From NCBI RefSeq assembly GCF_018350175.1, contig NC_058368.1, positions 210,306,001 to 210,370,000 on the forward strand: a DNA stretch of 64,000 nucleotides. Direction: 5' to 3'. Below, in pieces: positions 14,232 to 26,198 of the stretch (positions are counted from its first letter, which is position 1; each line of letters starts with the position of its first letter). The notes under the pieces are model-generated. The model was given only the letters and a program-made list of their open reading frames with translations. It had not been told where the DNA came from and made no database searches. Source of the stretch: Felis catus (taxonomy: Eukaryota). The translations under genes were made by a program, and so were the position numbers.

Positions 14232-16293
14232 AAATGCGAGGAGGAAAACTAGTCACTACTGGCAGCAAGGAACACAGAGGTTTGCAGAGGACAGCAAAGC
14301 TAAGCAGTGAAGCACACTAGTAAGGTTAACACTAGAATTTGGATGTCTTTGTCCGTCCAACTCCTACGCATCCTGCAGATCTCGGCTTAAACTTGTTACC
14401 CCCTCAGAGGAGCGTTCCCAGATCACCACCACAGCCCCCAGACCCAGATTTGCACACCCAGCACACCGCACAATACTAAGCCCGTAACTGGCATCCAATA
14501 AAGCTTTGCTAGATGCATCATACCTTTTACTCTCCCTTCATGCAAACTGAATATGCCAATTCTGCGTTTGCATTTGCGTTGACTAGTTACCCTTTGCTAA
14601 TCAAGAAACTAGCACACACCCAATGCCTAGGAGAGAGCCTGGCAATGAATATTAGAAAGTATTCAAATGCTGTTTCACGAAGGAATGACTGACAGCCCAA
14701 AGAAGAATGCTGGCTTTATTCTACACACAGGCAAGACTGCTGGCTTCTTAGGACCAGTGAGTTTCCTTATTTGTAAAATGATAAGGTTGGCCTATGACTC
14801 CACTTCAGCAAACATTCCTGGGTGCCTAATTAATGCACTAGTGCTGGGAGCTGGGTGTAAGCTACAGTCCCTGCCCAACAGCCTCACTTGAAGACAAACT
14901 AATAAACAGATACATAACTTAACATTTAAACACTGCCATTTACTGAAAGCCCTAAAGTCTCGAGCATTTATTCAAGCACACTGACTCTAAATGCAACAAC
15001 CCTGTGTATTTAGTAGCATCCCATCTTACAGATAAGGAAACTGGCCTCAGCAGGGTTAAATAACCTCACCAAGGGGCTATTGGCTGTTAGGCAGGAGAGC
15101 CAGGAGGCAAAGCTGGGGCTGCTCTGAGTATGCCAAAACCCCACACCCTGAGGTGCAGGTGCAGAGCCCCAAGAGGTGGCTATGTGAAGGCTGGCCAGGT
15201 AGCAGAGGGCACTGCAGGTGTGGGCCCTGTACCTGCAAAGGAATGGCACGGCGCTGCTATGCAGAGTCAAGAAGGCTGAAGACAAAAACCCAGGACGAAG
15301 AGATAATGTACTCGGGTCAGTACACGAGTAGTCTGTGAGATGGGAGGTGGGGGGAGTGCAGAAGAACACACAAGTGCGACAAGGCCACACAACTAGCAAG
15401 TGGCAGGGTGGGAATTCAAACCCAGGTCTGACTCCAAATGATGTCCTTTCTACCACAGGATGCTCTAACATCCCACACTCTCCCCTGTTCTAAGTGCTTG
15501 ATGCTCTACAAGACAGAGGAAGGTAAGAATTCAACCTGACTTACAATGCGAAGAGAACTCAATCAGGGCTAGGGAGGGAGGGCTGGCAGGGAGAGGGAGT
15601 AAAACAAAGATGCTAAGAGTTATTAAGCAGGCTGGCTCCCGAAGGGAAGGAACGAAGGCCAAGGAAATGCACGGCTCCAGCTGGCAGCCAAGTCCCCAGG
15701 ACTCCCTCAGTTGATCACAGGACACGGACCTTAGGGCCCCTCGCTAGAGGTGCTGAAGCCTGAGACTGGCTGCTGTATAAGCAGATGGGGCAGAAGTCTG
15801 TCTTCCAGCTCCAGCGGCTGGTATCCAGGCTTGTGATATGCTTAATCTAATTTTACTTGCCATACTTAATTCTCCAAACATCAGCCATCTGTTTCCTGGA
15901 TTCCTGACTCCTCTGCTGCCTGGTCTGTTTGCCTGAGCGGATGGGAGAGTCCAGAGCAGGACTTTCCTCCACTCACCTCTTCTACACCCCGAAGGCTGCA
16001 CACCAGCCCTGCACAGAAAAGGAAACAATGATTTAAGCCCACGGCCGCCAGTCTTCAACTACACAAAGGCTGTTAAACACACTTTGGAGCCACGAAGGGG
16101 TGAAAACTGGCCAGATTCACAAACCTGCTGGTCATCACCCTCAGCCACCATCATTTCCACTTACGCTTGACGTGCAAACCCAGCTGTCCACGTCTATAAC
16201 TTCGCCACTGCCCATGCCTCAAACTCCTCTGGGGAGAGCAGCTTATTGAAGAATTTTCTATGTATGAAATCTTTGCAGTATAGGTGACTCATC

Positions 16294-16509
16294 TTTTTTT
16301 TTTTTTTTTTTTTAATGTCTTCATTTATCTTTGAGACAGAGAGACAGAGCATGAGCAGGAGAGGGGCAGAGAGAGGGGGAGACACAGAATCCGAAGCAGG
16401 CTCCAGGCTCTGAGCACAGAGCCTGATGCGGGGCTCGAACTCACAGACCGTGAGATCAGGACCTTAGCCGATGTTGGACGCTTAACCGACTGAGCCACCC
16501 AGGCACCCC
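16294..16509 (-). mobile_element. CAN-SINE
   Basis: Antisense copy; TSD tatagg.actca.c. Confidence 0.92.
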
Positions 16510-17978
16510 TATAGGTTACTCAACTTCCTTGCAATATTTATTTCTTGGAACAATACCCACACTCAGATTCAAATTAAAATTCCAAATCTTAATCATAAAC
16601 TCTTGACTCTCAAAACTGCTCCTCTCCTTCAGCATGGATAAACAAATTATACTTGAAGGATAAGCCAGCACTCACACCTCCCGTTTCTTATATTTAAGGG
16701 TGGGGGCTCACTTCACATTTGCTTGTGTTAGCTTGTTTTAAGTATTAACAATCTACGCTTCCTTTCTGAAAAACCACAAACATTCTGCCAAGCAAAACAC
16801 AGTAAAACAAAAGCAGGGTCCCAAATGATCCCCTCAGCCCCAGAACCCTCTATTTCTGTAAGAAACTTGCTCAACTCTGAAATGTGGGGAGAGTGGAGAA
16901 ACCATGGAAATTAGGATTTGGAGAATAAGGTAAAGTATATACACTCTCTAGGAGGTCTGAGAGGAGGTCTTTTGCCTGTTATGTTCACTGCTGTATTAGT
17001 AACCTCTAGAATGCTCAGTATTAATTACTGGCTGCATGAATAAATGAAAGGAAGCTGCAGGGCAAAGAGATGCCTCATAGGGCCCCATAAAGGCTCTTGC
17101 AGAGCTGAGTTTTGGGAGCCGGGGGCTGAGATTCATTGGTGAGTCATGAAATCAATTCAGTTGGAGCAGCCTTGTTTTGAAAGAATGGAATGGAACACAC
17201 TAGGAAGTATCTTAGCAAGGGGAATTACAGCTTTGTGAGATTTCTGTTTCAGGCACACACCCAGCATCGCAATGTAAAATATATGTATTACTGGTTTAAA
17301 AAAAAAAAAAATTGGAGGAAAAATGTTTGCCTGTGAGCATTAAAAAGCAGATTCCCGGGCTCAAGGCAGGACTTCTTGGATCCGAATCTCAGGAATTTTG
17401 CACTTTGAACAAGTTCCTTTGGGGATATCAGCAGACACTAAACTTTAGAGTCTCCAGTCTGAGAACCACTGCAGGCTCTGGAATGTCAAGCAGTTTAACA
17501 GCCCTGGGAAAGCTAATCAACAAATTAGTTCAACGGTGTTTTCACTGTGTTTCACTGTTTTCACTGGGGCGGAGGGTAGGGAGAAAAGGGACCAAGACAG
17601 GCATTTAATGACATGAATAAAATGAAGTTGTCCTGTTTGGGCTTGTTACTGACCCCACTACTGGGCCACTTACTTCCAATTCCTTCCATATACTCACCCC
17701 GAGGGCAAAACAGACCTGTCCTGATACAGCGTTTGCCACACAGTTTTTATCTTCCAAAATAAAAAGATGAGGAGGATTTAGTTGCCAGATGTGTATGAGT
17801 CTGGCTGGGGGCCTGCAGGGAGACTGCTGAGGGAGGAACCAGGAAAAACTCCCAGCCCAGGGCCACTGTCACCAGATCGCTACATAAAGCAGGTGTGGCT
17901 TATTCTGCCCTAATCCTGGCAGAGCCATTAGCCACCTGTCTTGACAACTGCACACAAAACTCCCTGGAATGATGATCC

Positions 17979-17998
17979 AGAGAGAGAGAGAGAGAGAC

Positions 17999-18030
<32 letters not shown>

Positions 18031-18086
18031 TGAGAGAGAGAGAGACAGAGACAGAGAGAGACAGAGACAGAGACAGACAGACAGAC
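17979..18086. repeat. Compound (GA)n/(GACA)n/(GAGACA)n microsatellite
   Basis: Directly visible purine-rich tandem repeat of about 108 bp. Confidence 0.95.
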
Positions 18087-19389
18087 ACTGGAGGCCCACT
18101 GGGAATCCTCTACCCAGCTGTCTCTCATCCTGCATCAGGGAATCCACCTCTCCACACTCCATACCAATTAGCCAGTCTATATTGTGTGCAATTCCACACA
18201 AATAGGATGTAGATTATTAGTTTTCCTTCCTGCCTCTCTCTTAGGTAGTAACAAACATAAAAATAAAACATTGTTTTTTCTCTTCTTGCTCAGGCATATA
18301 TATATTTGAGGTCAGTTTTAACAATGTAGACTTATTGACTGGACTATTTCCAGATCTTTCCCTCTCCTCAGAGCCTCCACTTTCGCTGAGTGGAAGGAGG
18401 AAGATTGTCCACATCCGCTGGGAATCACCCTGGAAGCCCTTCTGCACCTGGGAAGCTGTACCTGGTTCAATTTGGCCCAAGGGGTTCCCTTCCTCTGGCC
18501 TCCAATTGCACTTACTACCTAGACTACTCATTGGATGCTAGTGTTTTGGTCGCCATCTTCTGCTGTGAGCTTCTCTGAGGGTGTGTTGTCTTTCTCCTCA
18601 ACTTGACTTGCAATGTCCTACAAGCCAGCAACCATCCCTTAATCTCTGTTGTTTCCACAGTGCCTTGCTTAACAATGACTTTTTTATTTATACATCTCTA
18701 TCTCTGTGTATGAATGCGGAAGGACATACAGGAATCACACTGAATGTTTAAAAGCAACTGGCCCTGGACAAGTTAATCAAAATATGCTCATCTTAGCAGA
18801 AATGTGCTGTCACCACATCTGGTTGGTCAAACACCAAATTGCTAGTGCTACACTCCAGACGCTAAAAATAACAGAAGCATTAAATTCTGAAAGAAAAAAT
18901 TCTGTACTAACAAGGTCAGGCTAACAGGACTAAGGACAAAAGAAAAAGTGAAGTAGCTTCCCAAATGAGTGTCAGAAATTTTGTTGACCAAATTTACTTA
19001 TTGTGTATTATGTGCACACAACATGCTAAGAGCTTTGTGGGCACTCTTTCCCTTAATCCTCACAGCGACCTATGAAGTGGGTATTATTATTCTATTTCAC
19101 AAAGAAATGAAGGCAAAGAGAGCTCAAATAACTTCCCAAGGTTGGTAAATAGCAGAATTAGGATGCAAAGCCAGATCTGTCTGACTTGATCACAATCCTT
19201 TATTGCCTTTCTAATTAATTCACCCCCTCCCCTGATGTAGATTTCCAGACGATAACCTGTAGGTTCTCATTCCTAACGAAAGGGTCAAAACCCCAAAACA
19301 ACAGATTTTTTAAAGCAAAGCAAACAAACAACCAACCCTTTTTCAAAGATAGTCAAATGGGAGGACTAAGGAATATACTTATTTGCCCC

Positions 19390-20150
19390 GGCTCTGTAAG
19401 ACTTCGTCTTCAGTATTTCTTTAATCTGTCTCTTCTCTGCTATCACCCACCCAATTCCTGTTTAGCCTCTGATCACCTCTTCTACAGACTACCTCAATGG
19501 CCTAATTCTGTCAACTCTAACGTCAGAATCTATCCAGAACGTGACACTTATTACTACCCCCATACCTCTTAACAAATCTCTAAATTTCTACCCTTGACCC
19601 CCTACAGTTTAATCCCATCAATGTGTCCTTTTAAAAGGTCACATCACAACTCTGCTCAATACCAGCTCTAGCCTTATCTCCCACTACTCAACCCTTAGCT
19701 CATTCCACACATGTCTTCCTTCTTCCTTGAGCAAACATGACATGCTTCTGCCCCAAGGTCTTTGCACTGACTATGCCCTCTGCCTGGAACCCGTTTCTCC
19801 AAGATATTTGCGTGGCACATTCCTCACACTTAATGCCTTTACTTAAAAAGCTCATGTCTCAGTGAAGCTTCCCTTCAATACCCTGTTTAAAACTGCAATC
19901 CATATTCCCACCCCAGGACTTCCAATCCCTCTCAACTTGTTCTATGTTTGTTTTTGGCCATGGCATTTATTACTTTCTAACATTCTACATACCACATTTA
20001 TTATGTCTGTTGCATCCTCTCTCTCCAACAGAAGCTTCCTGAGGTCAGGAATGTTTACATTGTTTGTTGCCGAATCCCTAACAATCCCTAACACCTAGAA
20101 CAATGCCTAGCACATAGTATGTGCTCAGCAAAAATGTGCTGGCTTAATGT
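19390..20150 (+). mobile_element. L2-like fragments
   Basis: tttgcactg..tgccctctgcctggaa...cctagaacaatgcctagcacatagta 3'-end motif. Confidence 0.6.
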
Positions 20151-21049
20151 TTTAAATACCTTCTAGCAAGAAACAGTATTATTGCACTACCTTTACCCTA
20201 TGGCCTTCTGTACTCTTGGGGCTCTGATCCACTCTGGGAGGCACACGCTGATCTGTTTGAAAAGCCTGGAGACGGGGAGCTATCAAAGCCAGAAATGATA
20301 TGGTGAGTTCTACATTTCAGTCAGTCTGCTCTAGCTCTGAGGATGGATCTGCAGAGGATAAGCCTGGAATTATGAGCCATTCCAATATTCAGGCAAGAGA
20401 TAATGAGAGCTTGAAAAACATCCTGGAGACAAGAGGGAAAGATTCAATGATTGGCTGGATGCTGGAGGATGGCAGAATGGGACTGACCCTCAGGTTTTTG
20501 GCTGGGTGACTGAACACATAATGCTGGCAGTAATGTAGACACAGCATACCAGAAGAATCCCACTTGGGAGGGACCTGGGGAGAGAAGTCCCTACACATAG
20601 TTAACATTCACTTTAGCAGTTCTTTGGAAATCACTAAAGCAAATATGGCCAAAAAACAAAACAATAACAGAAAACCCCAAAACCCTCAACCAAGGCTACA
20701 GAGCAGAGTATAAACAACAATAACACAATCCTACAAGATTATTGCTTATGTTCCCATTTATCAGTAGCACCGAGCTGGCCTTTGAACATGCAGATTCACT
20801 TCAAAGTTAAGAGGTAGGTATGTCTTCTCCTGGGTTAAAATTTCACATGGGTTAAAAGTCAACTGTGCATCTAAAAATATGTATCTACCAAGATTCCTGC
20901 AGATTTGTGAAAATGACTTGTCCCACTTCTTTGGAAAATGACTTCAGAAGTAGGCAATTTTGAAAATGTGCCATCCTAAAGATCACTAAATAAAGATTAC
21001 CAATAAAGTAGTTCAATCCACCTCTTATGTGACCACCAGTTTACCTTAC

Positions 21050-21321
21050 CTGGAAAGCTGTCTCTATTTAGCTTAGGTCTGCGGACTATCACAAAATCCT
21101 TGTCATTCCCCTTGCTCTTCAGCCGTTTTCGTGGGGGGCTCTGAGCGTGGCCCAGGTTTGAGAGCAGTTCCTGGGGGATATTCTCACTGTCCACCTCCTC
21201 TTTCTCCAGGGCGGAGACCCCCATGCCTGACAGCAGTTCAGAAGTCTTGCTAGAATCCCATCCCCATGTGAAGCTGGTAGTAACGTTGCTACCCTGGTCA
21301 GGAATCTCCTGGAGGTGTTTC
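21050..21321 (-). CDS. SKP2: SKP2 exon 2 (D-box [13 protein letters not shown] region)
   Basis: tttctgcag|GAAACAC...TTTCCAG|gtaagg; 272 nt; [30 protein letters not shown]...[11 protein letters not shown]. Confidence 0.98.
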
Positions 21322-21820
21322 CTGCAGAAATGCACAAAAGCCCCCCACCCCCGGCCCGTTCCTTTCAAAAACACACCCGAGTAATTAAAAGACAGGCCTA
21401 AATGAAACTGCAAGTTATGCAATGCAGAAAACTTTCACAGTGGCTCACAAAATTGCATATCTTAAGCGCCGGCGGCGAGTTTCCACGTAGGAAAGAGAAA
21501 ATAACCAAGCAAATCAAAAAGGCTTTTTGATTTACGATCACGTAGAAGGCCTTGAGAATGTCTTAAAGTGGAGGGAATAGACAAGAGGGAGAGCAATCAT
21601 ACAGCGACTGAAAATAGCAGGAAAGCTCAGTAAGGGAAGTCAAATAAAACCGCACACTGATCACCGCACTAAAGCATCCAGCCATCCACGCTTTCCCAAA
21701 GGGGCTAAGCAACTATTCACTCTACAGCATTAGTAACAATATTAGCAAGTAGCATTTTTCGCGGCCTAAAACAATTAAGACGGTTCATGCAAGCTCTGCC
21801 CCCTTTTGCAATCCGTTTAC

Positions 21821-21828
21821 CTGTGCAT
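21821..21828 (-). CDS. SKP2: SKP2 exon 1 coding part (ATG CAC AG); an in-frame upstream ATG at 21864 could add 12 aa
   Basis: Minus strand reads gacgccATGCACAG|gtaaac and joins exon 2 as M-H-R-K-H. Confidence 0.93.
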
Positions 21829-21829
21829 G

Positions 21830-23040
21830 GCGTCCACAAGTTCTGGAGTTTTAAATGGGTGCATTAATTGCAGAACTGCCCGCCACCGGGATTCCCGCTT
21901 TGGCACGCGGCGGCTCGCGGCGTGCAGCTCCGACCCCCAGCAGCAAGACCCGCGAACTCTAGCAACGTTCCATCCTCACCGCGCGCGCAAGGCTCTTCTA
22001 CTCGCTCTCCTCCGCCGCGGCCGTCTGCAGCCCCGCTGCCTGCTGGGAACTGTAGTTTCAGCCCTGACTTGTAGTCCAGCAGGCTCTCCGCTACTTCCTT
22101 CCTGGCTACTTTACCCGCCTTTGAGATACCCACAACCCCCTGCGGCTGGGGGCTGGGCGACCCATGGGGTAGGCGGGGAAACGGAAGTGGGCGGTGCTCA
22201 GGCTGCCTGGGAAATGTCAGCCTCTTGACTGGGGACGGGTTTTCCTTACGGCGGAGCCTGCGGGCCTTCTAGTGATCGTCACCGCCGTCGCCTCGGAGAG
22301 TGGGTCCCAGATCCTGGACGATTGCGGCCGACGCGGAGTTTCCCGGTCCTTCCAGACACTGTCTGGCGAGATCGGACCGTGAGCCCGATGGGGAGAGCGT
22401 GAGGCACTGTGGGGTCGAGGGTCTGAGGCCGAGAGCAAGCGGAGATCGAGAGGACCACGGAGACCCCGAGCACCCGCCGCCACGGGCCTAACTAAGTTCC
22501 CGGTCACGGAGAGGAGGTGGTAGCCCGGCCCGCTGGCCAGGTGAGAGGATGGGGGCCGCGGGCGTCACATGTGCTCTCCCCTCCGCCGGGAAGCTGCTTC
22601 CTTCATCGGGGAGAGGGTGACCCTTAGCACCGGTCTGCGGACAGGATCCTTTCCTCAACAGTAAAACAGGCACTAATGATATCGGGGGTCATCTCGAAGG
22701 CTTGGCGTGAGGGTCAAGTCAGATAACGCTTGTGAAAGCGTCTTGTAAACAAAAGCGCTGTTCGAACGAGAGGCGAGGCGGTGTTTTAATTTCAGGTGAG
22801 CAGACCAGTGGTTCCCGTGTGCAGTGGGAAGGCTGCGCATAGCCTTTCAGCCTTGACGAATTTCATAAATGGTAGCAAGGGAACGAATACGGTGACTGTA
22901 TGTTTGCAGAGGGCTTTATAGCGCAACTCTCGGGGCCACGAGCGGGGCCGTTCGGTTCTTAAGACCGGCTGCGTCTGGTTGCGTCGCCGTCCAAAAACAA
23001 GCTGCTTTTAGCCTGTCTCGGCGGAGAAGAGTTTGGGGGC
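21830..23040. promoter_or_regulatory. CpG island / bidirectional promoter shared by SKP2 and LMBRD2
   Basis: This is the only strongly GC/CpG-rich stretch, and it lies between divergent genes. It contains ETS/GABP CGGAAGTG (22182-22189), GC boxes, and TGGGAACTGTAGT (22044-22056, the ZNF143/THAP11 ACTACA-TCCCA motif). Confidence 0.9.
22190..22540 (+). other. LMBRD2: Probable LMBRD2 non-coding exon 1 (TSS approximate)
   Basis: Lies in the CpG island downstream of the ETS site, with donor CAG|gtgaga after 22540. Alternative donors follow 22378, 22795 and 23343. Confidence 0.55.
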
Positions 23041-24465
23041 AGCTAGAGGAGGGAGTGTGCCATGTTCCAGATAGGATGACCATGCGAAATCTGTTGTGCA
23101 CACTATACCATAACTGTGACCCTTGGAAAACATTGGAAGAGAGAAGGGGAACAAATCCCAACCCTAATAAAAATGGAGAGGATTTATAAAGTTCGGAAGT
23201 AAGCAGGCCCGCGTCATCACAAAAATTAATATTGGAGTATTACTTCGGTATGCTGGATGACTTACCTTAAAAAATAGTATGACATACCATTAAAAAATGA
23301 TTCGCTTTTTGTTGGATTTAAACCTAAAACCTATCTTGTCCAGGTATGTGTTTGTTTCAGGCTTGGTGCTTAGCTTGAAAAGTGACTACTTCTTAATTAA
23401 GGTATTCACAAACCTTTAGTTTTTTCTTGAAAGTAAGCGAAATGGGCCTAAAGAAGGGATATGCTCACAAATTAATTTTGCCTTAAACTATGTGAAGATA
23501 CTAGGTTGAATTGTCACAACTCATTAAACTGATGTTACAGAAAATACTTTTAAATGCAATATTCTGATTTTTTATATGAAGCTATCTTTATGTTACTTTG
23601 GCTAAGGAGAAAGCAGTTGCCCTGGGTTGAAATCTACATCCTTTCCCTTAAGTTGGCAACTCATTAGAAAAAATAATTTTGTCAAAAAAAGTTATAGTCT
23701 CCTTCAAGAAAGACAGAGGGATGTTTCTGGAGGAGAAAGAAAACAAGAAAATAATATGTCTTGATGAGAATAAACAAAGTTTTGAGACATAAAGTAGATC
23801 GTATAGATAGGAAGATCTAATGGGATGATTTTAAATTTAAAGATGAGAAATTTCTAGTGGTAGGATTTAGCAAGGATTTACCTAGGAACTAGGGAACATT
23901 TCTAGTTGTCAGAATACTTTTTATATCTGAATTGGTGGACAGGAAGTCCTCTATAGGACTTCAAAAAGAGCCTTTCAACTTTGAAAATCTGTCTTCAAAT
24001 TCTGTAATAGATATCTTACTAACAGTTTGCCCTGGCAACAGAAAAACATTAGCTTGCTGAAATAGGAATCATTTTTTTCTGCATGTCTTCTAATCATGGC
24101 TGTTTTCTATCTAAGTAAATAAAAGTTTAAATTGGTACAGGTGTCTGATATAAGGAATTGTGTCCATTGAAGAGATGAGATTATCAGCTACATATATAAT
24201 TGCTGTCTGGTCTCTTCAGGAATTGCATGTAATTGCTACTGATATGGATTATTTTTTTTCCCTGATTAATTTTATTTATTTAATCTTGCTCAGCATGCCC
24301 CACGTCCCATTTTAGTGGAGAGGTGTGACTATATTCCTAAAACTAGAATTACTAGATCATTATCTAGGATAGATGAGTTATAATTGTTTTATCTCTGGAA
24401 ATGACATTAGAGTAAGTCATGTTTAGTACTGTTTGGAAGTTTGAGATAGAATACAAAGTGACTTT

Positions 24466-24574
24466 GGGGTCCTGGGTGGCTCAGGTTTGATTTTGGCTTA
24501 GGTCATGACCTCATGGTTGTTGAGATCCAGCCTGCATCAGGCTCAGTCAGCCCTGGGCATGGAGCCTGCTTAAG

Positions 24575-24615
<41 letters not shown>

Positions 24616-24686
24616 GTCTCTCTGTCTCTGTCTCTCACCCGTCTGTCCCCTCTCTGTGCATTCCCCACTCTCTCAAAAAAAAAAAA
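24466..24686 (+). mobile_element. CAN-SINE
   Basis: Long CT tract; TSD tacaaagt.acttt. Confidence 0.88.
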
Positions 24687-24805
24687 TACAAAGTAACTTT
24701 GTAAATTGGGAAAGTGTTTATTGTAAAAGGGACAAGAGAGTCAATATTATGAAGGCACAGGAGAGGCCAAAAAGGAGTGGAAACTACACTTGACAATAAG
24801 ATATA

Positions 24806-24852
<47 letters not shown>

Positions 24853-24855
24853 ACA
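24806..24855. repeat. (TAAA)n microsatellite
   Basis: Directly visible. Confidence 0.95.
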
Positions 24856-25698
24856 AACATGTATATATGTTCAGTAATATATTAGTGTTCTTTTTGAAAA
24901 TGAAATATGACAAGAGATTGTATTTAAATAGAAGAGTGATGTGCTTTTTTTCTTAGTTCCATCATAGCATGAAATCTTAAAGATTTCTTTAATTCTTTTA
25001 TGTTATTTAGCTTAAGGGAACAAAAGACTAACAAGGATTACATAGCAAGAAGTTTCTACCTGCCATCAGATTTCAAAAGGATCCTTTTCCCTCCATTAAT
25101 TTTAAAGTAGATCTTTCGATCTCTGTAGTTTGATGTTTTCTGTGATGGACAGATTGGGGCAAGAACAAAAGGGTTCTTTCCCTATTCTGATTTGCTCTGT
25201 TTTCTTTTCTACCTTCCTCATGTAGATTAAGTCTTAAGTAATAGCAGTCTTACCTGAAGGTAAAAATTCTTAGTTAATTCTATATTAAACATGACTTTTC
25301 TAGCATTCTATCTTGATATATGTAAAGGAACAATTAATAGAATGTTTCTTGTTTACTATGAAATGGAGCAAAAGAAAGCATTTAAACAATTTAAATTGCA
25401 TTAAGTATGTCTGGATTCAAAGAGACTCTGTAATATCCATGTTGTAGTTAGAATGTGTAGGTTTGAATCCCAGCTTTGCCACTCACTGACTGGGAATGTG
25501 GACAAACTACTTACTCTATGTACCCTTTTCTGTTCTATAAATAAGGATATTTATAGTCCTTTCTTATGAGGTTGTGAGGTCTAATTTGATAAAGTATGTT
25601 AAGTGCTAGCATAATGCTTGGAATCCAGTAAACTCATACTCAATGTTAGCTGTTGTTGTTGTTGTTGTTTTTAATTACTTTAGTAAGAAGGATTTTAA

Positions 25699-25892
25699 GG
25701 GGTCACCGGGGTGGCTCGGTTGGCTGAGCCTCCGACTTTGGCTTGGGTCATGGTGTCGCAGTTAGTGGGTTCGAGCTTGCACGGGGCTCCCTGCTGTCAG
25801 CCCAGAGCCTGCTTGGGATTCTCTGTCCCCCTCTCTCTCTGCTCTTCCCCTGTTTATGTTTTCTCTCAAAACTACATAAACTTTTTTTTTTT
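25699..25892 (+). mobile_element. Older CAN-SINE
   Basis: Diverged head; TSD aaggatt.taagg. Confidence 0.8.
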
Positions 25893-25978
25893 AAAGGATT
25901 CTAAGGATTATTCTTTAATTACCAAAATAAGTCTTACAATCTCTTTACCTGAAATCTTTAAGAATCCATTACAATTCC

Positions 25979-26198
25979 GGGGCGCCTGGGTGGCGCAGTC
26001 GGTTAAGCGTCCGACTTCAGCCAGGTCACGATCTCGCAGTCCGTGAGTTCGAGCCCCGCGTCAGGCTCTGGGCTGATGGCTCGGAGCCTGGAGCCTGTTT
26101 CCGATTCTGTGTCTCCCTCTCTCTGTGCCCCTCCCCCGTTCATGCTCTGTCTCTCTCTGTCCCAAAACTAAATAAAAAACGCTGAAAAAAAAAAAAAA
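25979..26198 (+). mobile_element. Young feline CAN-SINE
   Basis: Near-consensus copy; perfect TSD aagaatccattacaattcc. Confidence 0.95.

Noticed and set aside
15010..15471. 153-aa minus-strand ORF
   Set aside because: It overlaps MIR-like fragments and has no recognisable domain or exon signals.
17869..18212. Overlapping SLSLSL / RERERD ORFs
   Set aside because: They are produced by the GA microsatellite.
18241..18578. Three overlapping ORFs and a minus-strand gtaagt motif as a cryptic SKP2 exon
   Set aside because: No convincing acceptor and no protein similarity that I can recognise.
21806..23161. Multiple overlapping ORFs in the CpG island
   Set aside because: Stop-poor GC-rich sequence with mostly non-ATG starts and no recognisable protein.
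23260..23268. Perfect minus-strand donor AAG|GTAAGT upstream of SKP2
   Set aside because: An isolated 9-mer with no other exon evidence; compatible with chance.
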